Assembly (NCBI GenBank): GCA_963669175.1
Contig: OY769902.1
Span: forward strand, 4,832,001-4,896,000
Length of the DNA stretch: 64,000 bases
Direction of reading: 5' to 3'
Origin: a bacterium
GTDB lineage: Bacteria > Electryoneota > Electryoneia > Electryoneales > Electryoneaceae
Below the pieces are notes generated by a model, which searched no databases, was not told the origin of the DNA, and saw only the letters and a list, made by a program, of their open reading frames with translations. Of the stretch, positions 1-14,200 are shown in pieces (position 1 is the first letter of the stretch; each line of letters begins with the position of its first letter). Made by a program: the position numbers and the translations under genes.

Positions 1-2215
1 CTCATCTTCCGGTGTCAGCAGGTCGAAGACCAGCGGTTCATCGTAGATATAGACATCGAAGCTCCAGGTTTCTGTAGACCAGGTGCCGTTCGTATTGCTG
101 TCCTGCGCCCAGACTTTCCAGTAGTATGTACTGTCATCATCCAGCTCATGCAGAACAAGTGTCGTATCCAGTGTGCTTACCGAATCGTAGCTTTCCGCTT
201 CGAAGGACGGGTTCTGGCTCCAGTATACCCAGTAGGTCAGGATCTCATCGGCCGGGTCGGGATCGGTTGTGCCGTTCCAGACCAGTTGGACCGTATCCGC
301 GTGGGTTGAATCCAGATCGGCAGGACTGACAAGGCTGAACTCTTCCGGCGATTCAAGGATGTTGACATGAAGCTGGAAGGTGCTGCTTGACCAGGTGCCC
401 TCGGTGTTCGTATCAAACGCCCAGACCTTCCAGTAATACGTGCTGTCATCCATCAGGTCGGTCAGGGTTGCCGATGTTTCTTCAGTATCGACTGAATCCA
501 CAGTATCCGTGCTGAACAGGGCGTCGTAGCTCCAATAGACACGGTAGATCACCGAGTCGCCCGGATCAGTTTCTACCGCGACTTCCCATTCAGCAGTTGC
601 CGATGTCGAATACGTAGTATCTTCATCTTCCGGTGTCAGCAGGTCGAAGGCCAGCGGTTCATCGTAGATGTATACGTCGAAGTACCAGGTCTCCGTGGAC
701 CAAGTGCCATCGGTATTGGCATCCTGCGCCAGGACTTTCCAGTAGTACCGGGTGTCGTCTACCAGATCACGGATGACACTTGAAGTGTCGTTGCCAACCG
801 AAGCCTCAAACACGCCTTCGTTGAAAGTCGGATCTTCGCTCCAGTAAACTGTGTAGTTCAGTTCAACGTCAACCGGGTCGGGGTCGTAAGTACGTTCCCA
901 GGTTACCAGAACCGTATCCACACGAACCGAATCCGTATCCAACGGACTCAACAGGCTGAACTCTTCCGGGGATTCGAGGATGTTGACATGAAGCTGGAAG
1001 ACGCTGCTTGACCAGGTGCCCTCGGTGTTCGTGTCAAACGCCCAGACCTTCCAGTAATACGTGCTGTCATCCATCAGGTCGGTCAGGGTTGCCGATGTTT
1101 CTTCGGTATCCACAGAATCCACGGTATCCGTGCTGAACAGGGCGTCGTAGCTCCAGTAAACCCGATAGATCACCGAGTCGCCCGGATCAGTTTCTACCGC
1201 GACTTCCCATTCGACATTTGCCGATGTCGAATACGTGGTATCCTCATCTTCAGGTGTCAGCAGATCGAAGGCCAGCGGTTCATCGTAGATGTATACGTCG
1301 AAGTACCAGGTCTCCGTGGACCAGGTGCCATCGGTATTGGCATCCTGCGCCAGGACTTTCCAGTAGTACCGGGTGTCGTCTACCAGATCACGGATGACAC
1401 TTGAAGTGTCGTTGCCAACCGAAGCCTCAAACACGCCTTCGTTGAAAGTCGGATCTTCGCTCCAGTAAACTGTGTAGTTCAGTTCAACGTCAACCGGGTC
1501 GGGGTCGTAAGTACGTTCCCAGGTTACCAGAACCGTATCCACACGAACCGAATCCGTATCCAACGGACTCAACAGGCTGAACTCTTCCGGGGATTCGAGG
1601 ATGTTGACATGAAGCTGGAAGACGCTGCTTGACCAGGTGCCCTCGGTGTTCGTGTCAAACGCCCAGACCTTCCAGTAATACGTGCTGTCATCCATCAGGT
1701 CGGTCAGGGTTGCCGATGTTTCTTCGGTATCCACAGAATCCACGGTATCCGTGCTGAACAGGGCGTCGTAGCTCCAGTAGACTCGATAGATCACCGAATC
1801 GCCCGGATCAGTTTCTACCGCGACTTCCCATTCGACATTTGCCGATGTCGAATACGTGGTATCCTCATCTTCAGGTGTCAGCAGATCGAAGGCCAGCGGT
1901 TCATCGTAGATATAGACATCGAAGCTCCAGGTTTCCGTAGACCAGGTGCCGTTCGTATTGCTGTCCTGCGCCCAGACTTTCCAGTAGTATGTACTGTCAT
2001 CATCCAGCTCATGCAGGACCAGCGTGGTATCCAGTGTGCTTACGGAATCGTAGCTTTCCGCTTCGAAGGACGGGTTCTGGCTCCAGTATACCCAGTAGGT
2101 CAGGATCTCATCGGCCGGGTCGGGATCGGTTGTGCCGTTCCAGACCAGTTGGACCGTATCCGCGTGGGTTGAATCCAGATCGGCAGGACTGACAAGGCTG
2201 AACTCTTCCGGCGCT
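1..2215 (-). repeat. Near-identical 621-bp intragenic tandem repeat (207 aa, two FN3-like domains) with a 1863-bp higher-order period
   Basis: gttgacatgaagctggaag at 361, 982 and 1603. Near-identical shadow ORFs at 126 and 1989 are 1863 bp (3x621) apart. Confidence 0.95.
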
Positions 2216-5200
2216 TCGTAGAACTCTGTATCGAAGTACCAGACTTCTTCGCTCTTCAACGTATCACCGTTCTCGTCATAGGCTACAGCATACCAGTAAT
2301 ACCGGGTATCATCCTGCAGCATACCGGCGGGAATTGTGTAATGCTGCCCGGCCGACATGACATAGTATGGATCGTTTTCGAAGGTGGGATCATCTGACCA
2401 GAAATAACCATAGTACACATAGTCGCCAGGATCGGGATCAGTGACTGATTCAGCGCTAAGCTGCAAGTCCTGATCTGCGAGCATGACGTAGCCGCTTTCC
2501 GGTTGCGCCAGGGTAAACGGCGCGACATTACGATACCACCGTATAGTACCGTTATTCACAGACGGCACCACAAGATCCGGCGCAAAGTCACCGTCAAGGT
2601 CGCCTACCAGTACGGCATGCCCATAACCGAAGTTGGAATCACCGCTCACATGCGGCCAGGGCGCTTCCCACGGGCCTCCCTGGTTCAACCAGCCCCAAAG
2701 CATGTTACCGTCAGCGATATTGGCAACCACATCCATTTCTCTATCAAGGTCAAAGTCACCGGAACCGATACCACGCGCTGGGCCTGTAGCATCATCCAGG
2801 GTATGAGCGGTCCAGACTTGACCGCTATTCTGATACCAGGTCAGATCGTAGTTCGCTGCATCCATGCTTACGACATCAAGAAGGCCATCCCAATTGATAT
2901 CAACAGCATGCGCCGCCTGAACACCGCTAAGACCAGTCACGATATCGGTTACTGCTGCTCCGCCCTGCGCCAAGTTGGCAATGTTGAAGAAGGAGATCGC
3001 ATCATTGAAGGGTACCAGCACATCCAGCGTACCATCGTTGTCAATATCGACAACATGGAAAGCGCCATTGTTCGATACTTCGTTCAACAACGGGTAGGCA
3101 TTAAATACACCACCAGTGTTCTCGAAGAAATAAATAGTACCGCCACTTTCGCCGGTGACGATGTCCAGGTAGCCGTTGTTGTCCAGGTCACCCAGTCCGA
3201 TATAGCCCTGTCCCGAAACATCCAGTACGATAGGATGCTGAGTGAAGTTCTGCGCACCATCGTTCTCCAACCAGACAACGCCATTTCCACCGGGTGTGGC
3301 AACCAGGTCGATATCGCCGTCACCATCCATGTCGCCAGCTTTTACATCATGAGCATTCGGCACCCCTGGCGAGATTGTATGATCGGTAAAGTTGCCGAAC
3401 CCGTCGTTTTCGTACCAGTGCAAATCTGAACCGATGCGCTGGTTGACCACGACATCCAGATCGCCATCCTGATCAAGGTCTACCAGTTGTCCCTGGTCTG
3501 GCTGGGAAAGCCCTGTACCCATATCCTCGACATAAACAAAATCGGTGGTCTCACCTCGTGGCGTGTTCTGGATGTAGGTATCCAACGTCCAGACTTCGTT
3601 GGACCATGTGCCAGTTGTGATGCCATCGTTGGCCTTGACTTTCCAGTACCATGTCCTGTCATCCATCAAGTCGGCTACAGTAACGGAAGTACCCAGCGTC
3701 GAGAACGTCCTGACATTCTGGGTGAAGCCGGTATTGGTTGCCAACCACAGGGTATAGACGATGACATCTTCCGGGTCGGGATCAGTTGTTTCCGCCCAGG
3801 TAAAGGTTGCGCTACCCGTGTGCGATGTGTCTTCATCTGTCGGACTGAGCAGGCTGAAGGCAAGTGGCGCTTCAGGCTGACCGACAAGGAAAGACCAGGT
3901 ATCTGTTGCGAATGTTGAATCCTGCGGGTCTCGCGCAATCACGTACCAGTAGATTGTCGCATCATCCGGCAAGTCACCGGCAAAGGTGTACTGTGTCGCG
4001 GAGATACCTGACGCCATCTGAGGATCGCCGAACCGGTCGTCGTTAATCGACCAGATCACGTCATAGCTGAGTTCTTCACCCGGATCGGGATCGGTTGCTT
4101 CTTCCCAGATCAAGGTCGGACGCAAGGTTACAACCGTATCCTCATCCGCAGGTTCGATCAGTGTAAAGGAATTCGGCGGCTGATAGATGTACACGCTGAA
4201 TTCGAAGGTTTCTGACGACCAGGTACCATCCGTGTTGCTGTCCTGCGCGTGAACCTTCCAATAGTAGGTATTGTCATCTGCCAGTTCCGGTATGGTAAAT
4301 GACGTATCGTTGCCGACATTCGTTTCAAACACACCTTCTATGAAGTTCGGGTCCATCGTCCAGTAGACGGTATACGCGAGTTCCGCGTCAACCGGATCAG
4401 GATCGACTGCACGATACCAGCTCACCACAGTCGTAACATCATGAATCTCTTCACCGTTGGCCGGGCTGTTCAGGCTGAAGGCAGACGGTGGTTCGAGAAT
4501 ACTGACGTGGAACTGGAAGTCTTCTGACGACCAGGTTCCTTCCGTGTTGGTGTCCTGTGCCCAGACCTTCCAGTAGTACGTGCTGTCATCCATCAGCTCA
4601 TGTAGCACCAGGGTGGTGTCTTCAGTGCTGAGTGAATCGTAGGAATCTGCTGCGAACAAGATATCCTGACCATAATAGACCCAGTAGATCACCGAATCGC
4701 CGGGATCGACTTCAAGCGCGGTATTCCATTCAACTGTCGCGCTGTCGGTATAAACCGTAACCTCGTTGTTCGGGGTCAGCAGGCTGAACTCACCCGGTGC
4801 ATCGAAGATATAAACATCGAAGCTCCAGGTCTCAGTTGACCAGACGCCATCCGTGTTGCTGTCCTGCGCATGCACCTTCCAGTAGTAGGTCATGTCATCT
4901 TCAAGACCGCGCAACACCAGCGTAGTATCGTTTCCGACCGTGGAGTCAAACACACCTTCCACAAACGCCGGATCGAATGACCAGTAGACAGTGTAGGCAA
5001 GTGTTGTATCGGCCGGGTCGGGATCAATGGCACGGTTCCAGCTCACGGCCATGGTATCTGCATGAGTTGTGTCGGTATCAACCGGCAGGTTCAAGCTGAA
5101 GGCGGACGGCGGCTCAAGGATATTGATATGGAACTGGAATGTGCTGTCAGACCAGACACCTTCGGTATTGGTGTCCTGTGCCAAGACCTTCCAGTAGTAG

Positions 5201-8200
5201 GTGCTGTCATCCATCAGCTCATACAGCGCCATGGTAGTGTCTTCGGTACTGAGTGAATCGTAGGTTTCCGCTGTGAACAACGCATCCAGACCGTAGTAGA
5301 CCCAGTAGATCACCGAGTCACCGGGATCTGCCTCAAAAGCCGTGTTCCAAACAACAGTCGCGCTATCGGCGTAAACGGTATCTTCATCCGTTGGTGTCAG
5401 CAGGTTGAACGCGAACGGTTCATCATAGATATAGACGTCGAAGCTCCGTGTTTCCGAAGACCAGGTGCCGTCTGTGTTGCTGTCCTGCGCATGGACCTTC
5501 CAGTAAATCGTTGTATCATCCTTGTAGTTGCGCAAGACCAGCGTGGTATCGTTGCCAACGGTTGAATCCTGAACTCCAATTCCGAACGCGGGATCTTCAC
5601 TCCAGTAAACGGTATAGCTTAGTGTAGTATCCGCCGGGTCGGGATCAACCGCACGGTTCCAGCTTACGGCTACAGTATCGGCTCGGACGGTATCTTCATC
5701 AACCGGCAGGTTCAGGCTGAATGCCGCCGGCGGTTCAAGAATGTTGATGAAGAACTGGAAGGTCTCTGTAGACCAGGTTCCTTCCGTATTGGTATCCTGA
5801 GCCCAGACTTTCCAGTAGTAAGTACTGTCATCCATCAGCTCATGCAGCACCAGGGTAGTGTCTTCTGTACTGACTGAATCGTAGGTCTCAGCAGTAAATG
5901 CGGCATCCAATCCGTAGTACACCCAGTAGATCACCGAGTCTCCCGGATCGATTTCCAGCGCTGTATTCCATTCCACAGTCGCGCTGTCGGCATAGACAGT
6001 ATCTGTATCCGTTGGCGTCAGCAGGCTGAATTCACCCGGCACATCGTAGATGTAAACGGCGAAGCTCCAGGTTTCCGTGGATTCAGTACCCTCCGTATTG
6101 CTGTCCTGGGCCAACACTTTCCAGTAGTAGATGGAATCATCACTCAGTTCACGTATGACCAATGTTGTATCGTCGCCAACTGTGGAATCGAAGACTACTT
6201 CCGAGAAGGTGGGATCTTGGCTCCAGAACACTGTATAGCTTAGAGTCGTATCTGCCGGGTCGGGATCAATCGCACGATTCCAGCTTACTGCGACGGTATC
6301 GGCTCGAACGGTATCTTCATCAACCGGCAGGTTCAGGCTGAATGCTGCAGGCGGCTCGGAATAATCGGTTTCGAACCAGAAGACATTTTCACTGGTCAAG
6401 CCGTCAGTATTGGTATCCAACGCCTGTACATACCAGTAATATGTCTGGTCGTCAGCGAATGATCCGGTTACGAAGGAGAAAGACGTATCCGCGATGGAAT
6501 CCAGTGTGTCAGCCGTTTCGAATGTTGGATCCGTGCTGTAGATAAGCGAATAGGTTACTTCGTCGCCGGGGTCAGGATCGGTTACCGATTGCCAGGTGAA
6601 GACCCGTTCCTCATCCACGAGCATGACAGTTGCTGTATCCGGGGATATTGGTGAGAACGGTGAGGTGTTGGACCACCACATCACCTCATCACCATAGTAG
6701 TCCATTCCAACCAGATCAGGTGCATGATCTCCAGTCAGATCCACAGCCCGTATGGCGGAAGCAAGATCGAGCCCGGTAACAAACTCATGTGCCGTCCAGG
6801 AAGTCCCGGTTCCGTCATCATTGGAATACCAGACCATGTCGCCATCCTGCGCGCCGGATACAATAATATCCAGGTCGCCATCGACATCCAGGTCGGCCAG
6901 TTCACCATCCCAGGCCAACCCTGTATTGAGAGCGACTTCGTGTTCAACATAACTCTCGGCATTCTGATTTTCGTACCAGACAATCTTGTTTTGCGGATCA
7001 TCGATTGGCACTACGAAGTCCCGCCATCCATCTCCGTTGATATCGCCAACCATAACATCAGCAGCTCCAACCACAGCCGTCGTTACGGTATTGGATGTCA
7101 GGGCGCTGAAATCTCCGTCGGGAACTTCATACCAGGTCACACTTCCCGGGTTTCCGCCATGCTGGTAAACGATATCACGTATACCATCATTGTTGACGTC
7201 AACCAGCTCAATAGCCCCAACCAACCCCGGGCCCTGGTCATATTCGGTAAATGTTCCATCTCCATTGTTTTCAAAGACCTTGCCCCAAGACGTGTAGGCT
7301 CCTGCAACAATATCAATATCGCCATCATTGTCCAGGTCGCCGACTTCGATGTGGCTGGGTGCCGTGAAATCCGTGGACAGATCATGCCTGGTGAACGTCT
7401 GTGATCCATCATTCTCAAACCAACTCACTTCGTTAGCATTGGTCACAGCAGCAACATCCAGGTCGCCATCATCATCCAAATCGGCAATGGAAACATCATT
7501 TACGCCGCCGTATTCTGAGGCAATTACCGTTTCAGTGAAATTGTTTGATCCATCATTGTCCAGCCAGGTCAACTCAGATGCTCCATCACCGCAAACCACA
7601 AGGTCGCTGTCGCCATCCTGGTCAAGATCCACAACTTTCACATCCCTGGCGTTGGTCAGACCACTAAGGATCACACCCTCCGGTAAAAGCTCAATTTCCG
7701 GTCCCTGCGGCAAGTCCGGGATATTGACGTCAATGGACCAGGTCTCTGTTGACCAGGTTTCAGCGCCCCACTCATCTACTGCCCGGACTTTCCAGTACCA
7801 TGTCGTGTTGTCAAGCAGTCCGGACACGCTAAATGACGTATTGTCCGTTGCATACGTGAACAGGTTATCGGTGAAGGAGGCGTCCGTCGCCAGCCACAGG
7901 GTGTAGACGACATGATCACCCGGCGGCATGTCATCAACCGCTTCTTCCCAGGAGAAGGTTGTATCGGGTGTGTCAAGTGTGATCCCGTTTTCCGGGGACA
8001 GCAGTGCGAAGGCGCCCGGTGCGCTGTTGTAGTTCACCAGGAAGTGCAGTGTATCCGACCAGACACCGCCCGAATTCACGTCATGCGCCATGACAGCCCA
8101 ATAGTAATTCTGGCTGTTGGTCAGGTCGGCAAGCTTGTGGAAGGGCGAGTAGGTCAGGAAACTGTCAACATTGACTGTCAGATACGGGTCTTCCGCCGAT

Positions 8201-11200
8201 CTGACTACATAGTAAAGGCGATCCGTTACATCCTGATCTTCCGGCACATCCCATGTCAGCACAACAGCCATTTCTTCGACTGTAGCATCTGCTTCCGGAT
8301 AGGTCAGCAGTGGCGCTGCCGGGTAATGAGGATTCACCGGGGTTTCAATCAGGTTATCGTACCAGCGAGCCAAACCACCCGATTGTTCCATGACCAGCAC
8401 ATCCGGCATGTGATCACCGTTGAAATCAGCCCAGTCAAGCGATGCCGGGAATGAATAGAATTCTGCTATGGGTTGACGGTCAAGAGTCAGCGGCACATTC
8501 TGCATCCACAGTGTCACTTCTTCATCAGCGTTATAATCACTGCTGGTAAGCAGATCAACATCACCGTCCCAGTCAATATCTACTGCGACAATATCAGTAA
8601 CACCAGTGTAGCTCTCATCAATCAGGTAAAGGGTATAACTGAATACGCCTGTATAGTCCAACCAGGCAAGTCCATCGTCACTACCGACAACAATATCCTC
8701 ATTACCATCGTCATCGAAATCGACTATTTCAAGCGACGTCGGGTTATTCATGCTGCCGAGAACAGTATTGGACGTATACCCGGAACCTTCAACATAGGTC
8801 CAGCCGATAACATTGTCGTTCGCATTCACCACCATGACAATATCATCGTACCCATCATTATTCAGATCGGTGACTTCAACTTCCGAACCGCCGATCACAT
8901 CGGAAATGATGGTTCCAGTAACAACACCTTCTCCATCACTGACACCCAACCGCACTGTTGAAGGCCCGACAGCGACAAAGTCCAGGTCGCCATCACCCTG
9001 GTAATCGAAGACCTCGAAATCAGTTACACCTGACACTGTCAACAGTGCTATCGGCGCCCCGAAGTTGCCATCTCCTTCGTTCTCGAAGATATCCACGAAG
9101 TTGGTGTTCAGATTGAGGATATCCATATCCTCATCGCCGTCAAAGTCAACCACGATGTATTTCTTCGGATCGGCGTAATAATTTGGAAACGCTACATCCT
9201 GCGTGAAGTTGCCCATGCCGTCGTTATATTGAATCAGGAGTTGATCAGCATCGGGATCGATATAGATCAGGTCCTCGGTGCCGTTCTGATCAACATCGCC
9301 TCTTCCGATTGCATTCACCGGGCCTTCGGCGAAGAATATCTGATGACTGGTAAACGCGGCATCCAGATTCACCACAAACATGCTGGTGTCGGAAGCGATT
9401 TCGTTGTCCTGGGTGTCAGTCGCATAAACAGCCCAGTAAACCTCATCTCCATTTGCCAGATCGCCATAAGGGAATGTGTATTCCGTATCCCAGATTGGTG
9501 AAACTGTAGTAGCTTCTTCCAAGTTGGGATCGCTATATGCATAGACCAGGCTGTAGAAAACGGAATCATCCGGGTCGGTTTCAAGGACTTCTTCCCATGT
9601 GATCGTGGGTTGCAGCGTTTGAACACTGTCCGCCCAGCCCGGGTACGTCGTGGCAAAGCGTGAACTGCGATTGTACTGGTACAAACCGTTATACTGGTCG
9701 GCAGCAACAATGTCAATCCAGCCATCACCGTTGAAGTCACCGCTGATAACCGCACGACCGTTGCCCTCTGCATACGTATCCAGGGTATCCGCAGTAAAGT
9801 TCTGGTAGCCATCGTTTTGGTAAACGCAGATAATCCCATCGTTATATCCCGGAACGAAGACATCCTTGTCACCGTCTTCGTCGTAGTCGGCTACCCAAAC
9901 CTGCGGAATACCATTATAGTTTCCGGGCAGTGTAGACTGACTACTGAATGTTCCGCCTCCAGCATTTTCATACCAGGTAATGAAACCGGTCGCATCATTG
10001 TTTGCTGTCAGAACATCCAGATCGCCGTCAGCATCCATATCTTCTACAACGATGTCCTGGGCGAAGTTGAACGGATTCTGCAGATCATGCTGCGTCCAGA
10101 TATCGCCAGCGTCAAAGCCAGTGTTTTCCATCCAGCCGACAGCGCCGTGAGCTCCGACTGCGATATCCAGATCGCCATCATCGTCGATGTCACCGGCGTC
10201 CAGCGACAGGGGATTACTGTAGGTCGGAATGATGACAAACGTGAAGCTCGGAGGATACTGACCGTCACCAAGGCAAATGACCAGGCTGTCCCCGGTATTG
10301 GAGCCGACCGCAATATCCAACGCGCCGTCCAGGTTGAAGTCGCCAGTAGCAATTCCAGTCGCGCCAACGATCTCTTCTGTAACAGTAAGAGGTGTGTGGT
10401 TACCGGTCCCATCACCAAGGTACAGTTTGACCGTGTGATCATTCCGGCTGATAATCACAATATCTTCGACCAGGTCGTTGTTGAAATCACCAATCGCAAA
10501 TTCCGGTGGCGATGAAAGGTCCGTGTTGCCGGGAATTCCCCCATCATCCCAGAAACCGTTATTGTTGGTGAACCTTAGCGCCTTGTTAAAATCATCCAAA
10601 CCGGCAGCGCCGATGATGTCGATGTCACTGTCCTCGTCAAAGTCCATCGGCAGCATGTCGTTGTATTCGTTGTTGTCATTATCGATAACGCTCTTCGTCC
10701 AGAACATTTCCGAACCGACCGGTGGCTCATCCAGCTCAATGTCGAAGGTCCAGGTCTCGCCGGACGGTGTGATGTTGCCCTGGGTATCCATGGCACGCAC
10801 CCGCCATGAATAAGTCAGTTCATCCATCAACCCGGTAATGCGCAGACTGTCGTTGTCTGTGGTGGCCCAGTGCAGATCTGTGTTAAAGGTCGGATCGCTG
10901 GACCACTGAACGATATACACTTCCACAGAGTCGCCGACATCCGGGTCCGTAGTCAGATCCCAACTGACCACAACACTGCGTGACGCAAATTCTGACTGGT
11001 TCGCCGGGGCCGCGAGACTGAAGGGGTTGGGCGAATCAACATTCTCATAAATAAAGGAGAGGGTATCCTGCGCCCAGAGCTGATGCTGGTAGGTATTATC
11101 ACGTGCAATAACAGACCAGTAGGTGGTCTCACCTTCTTCCCAGCTATTATAGGTGTAGAAGGTGTCGGAAATTACCGTTGTCCAGACATTCGCCTGCCAG

Positions 11201-14200
11201 GTCGGGTCAGTTGTGTACTGGAGAACGTATTCAATCGTCTGCCCCGGATCCGGATCGGTTACTGTCTGCCAGGTCAGTTCAGTTGAATTGATGATGCTTC
11301 CATCTTCCGGTCCCAGGAGGGCAAACGGATAGGATTGTTCATACCAATAGGCGCCAAAGGCGATTTCAGATACCACGATGTCGATGTCACCGTCACCGTC
11401 AAGATCGGACCAGCGATTCGACATGCTCTGATGCCCGGACTGAACATCAATCTCCGATTGGGTAAAGGTATTTGTACCGTCGTTTGTGTAGAGATAGTAC
11501 GTGTTATCGATATACGATCCCGTCAGCAGGTCAAGATCATCATCTGCATCATAGTCCGCAGCGTCAATCATGCTTGGAGTGTCTACAGTCCCTGGCAAGG
11601 CGTAAGCTGTAAACGCAAAGTTGTCGTTGTTCTGTGCCCAGAAAACGGTACTGTTGCCGTTGTTTGCAACAAGAATATCCAGTTTACCATCATCGTTCAC
11701 ATCGGCAAGGTTCAGGCCACTGGGTGAGTTCACCGAAAGCGCTGTATGCTCTGTGAAACCAAATCCATCATACAGGTTATTCTCGGCGATGATGACATAC
11801 CCGGAACCGCCACTGCTTGTCTTCTGGATAACCAGGTCCAAGTCGCCATCCCGGTCCATGTCACCGGCAACAACCTTGTTGAAGTAGTAGTTATCCTCAC
11901 CATCCAGTATCAACTGGGAGCTGAAGGAAGGCGGATCTGTTCCATCATTTATCAACAGGACAGCGTCATTGGTACCTTCGTTTGTAACCGCGAGGTCCAT
12001 ATCGCCATCAAGGTCGAAGTCGCCTGCGATTGCACTGTTCGGCTGTGACAATCCAGCTAACAAAGGCTGACTCGTGCTGAAGTATCCTGAAGCGTCACCC
12101 CAGTAGATGTAAAGCCTGTTGTTGGATTTGTCTACAACTACAAAGTCGATATAGTCATCGGGATCGAGGTATACTGGCACTGCACCGTAGGTGGTACTAA
12201 GCGCCGTTCCATTGGGCACATCGTATTCGTTGAATACTCCACTGGCATTCTGGCGCAGCAGGTGGAAACGGTTTGCTTCATCGGTATCATGCGTTGTAGC
12301 GATATCAATATCGCCATCACCATCAACATCAACCGGTAAAGCATCCCTCAGCGATATCAACTCATCATTGAGCGTACTGCGACTCCAAACCATTTCCGGA
12401 CCACGCGGCGCATCCGGCACAGAGATATCGAAAGACCAGGTCTGGTCGGACCAGGTTTCATTCCCTTCATCATCAAACGCCAGCACCTTCCAGTACAGAG
12501 TCTGATCATCCTGCTGCCAGGGCAGAGTAAATGAGGTACCCGCCAGGATTACCGAATCCACATCAGCATCAAAGCTTGCGCTGAAGGACCAGAACAGGGC
12601 ATACAGGAAGGTCGGCGAATCGGGATCTTCCGTTTCGTTCCAACTCAGCTCAGGTGTATGAGTCGTAACCGTTGCTTCATTCGCCGGTGAAACCAGGCTG
12701 AAAGCATTGGGCGGATCGAATTCTGTCGTCGGGAAGTTTTCCCACAACTTCACAACATTGCCTGCGAATCCAAGACCGACAATATCGGCATCCATATCCA
12801 GGTCAAAGTCACCGGATATGATATCCGCAGCCCCGGTCAAACTTCCGATAGTCCTCATAGTAAAGCTGGGCGCCGGGTTTCCGTCATTTTCCCACCAGCG
12901 AATTTCACCGCTGCCCTGTGCCGCACCAAGAATGTCCACATCACCGTCGGCATCGAAGTCAAACGCTTTAACATCAGTCGCTTCCAGGAAACCGTTGGTA
13001 ATTGTTACACCGTTGGAGAAGTTTGGAGGTGTTGCGCCATCACTGGCCCACCACTTGATGTTGCCATCGCCATCGGAAGTAGTCAGGAGGTCGTTATAAC
13101 CATCTCCATCCACATCCGCGATGAAAACATGCTGAGTGTAGTTATTACTCGTGGTAACTGAGTGAGCACTGAAGTTGCCGCTACCATCGTTTTCGTACCA
13201 GGCAACATTGCCCCCTTCAGACTGCGCGCCTGCCAGGATATCTTTGTCACCATCACCGTCAATATCATCAATCGCCAGACTGAACGCGTTTGCCTGTGAA
13301 GCGACTAAATGGAATGTCCACGAAGGCGGACTTGCCTGGCTATGTTCATACCAGCCAACCTGGCCAGTGGTATAGGATGCAGCGACAATATCCGGATAAC
13401 TGTCCCCGTTCATGTCGACAGCACGTACTGAAAAGACATTGGGGAAGCCATCGTCAATAAAGTATTCGGTCCAGACGATTGGTGCGCCGGATCCATTCCT
13501 GAACCAGACCAGGTGATCCTGGCCAAGAGTCGAGTTGGAACAGCCTGCAACCAGGTCCGGACGACCATCTTGATCCACGTCCACGACAGACAGAGTCTGT
13601 ACCAGGTCCAGGCTGGTGGTTACATCCTGCGTTGTGAAAGAACCTGTACCATCATTGAAGTAGACACGAATCGTATTCGAACCATTCCAGGCTACCGCGA
13701 AATCAAGGTAACCATCACGGTTGAAGTCTCCCTTGACACCGTCTGATGCCATGACCAGTGAATTGTCAACGGTTGTTTCACCATTCGGGAATGTGGGACG
13801 GCCTGAATATTCAAGGTCACGAACGAAGACATACCTCAAAGATGCCGGTTCCAGCCTGCCACCATTCTGATCAACTGCCGTAACCGACCAGAACCAGGTG
13901 TTCATGTTGCTGAGGTTTTCCAGCGTAGCCGTTGTATCGTACACCAGCATGGAGTCCACGTTCAAGTCAAACGCGGCATTGGTGGCCCACTTGAGCCAGT
14001 AACCTATGTTGTCCAGTGGGTCAGGATCTGTAACCTCTTCCCATTCCAGCGTAACGGATTCGCCGTCGGACCATGATCCGACTGGCGGAGAAGTCAGCTT
14101 GAAGGTAGATGTGTTGCTGTTTACTACGAGTTCGTTCAAGCCTGCGTTAAACGTAATTACATCCTTGTAGCCGGTATCAAACAGGTCAGCAGTCGCAAAG

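Noticed and set aside
1-6665. Diversity-generating retroelement TR/VR pairs
   Set aside because: The repeats are in-frame tandem domain duplications, I saw no adenine-specific pattern in the differences, and no reverse transcriptase is in the window.
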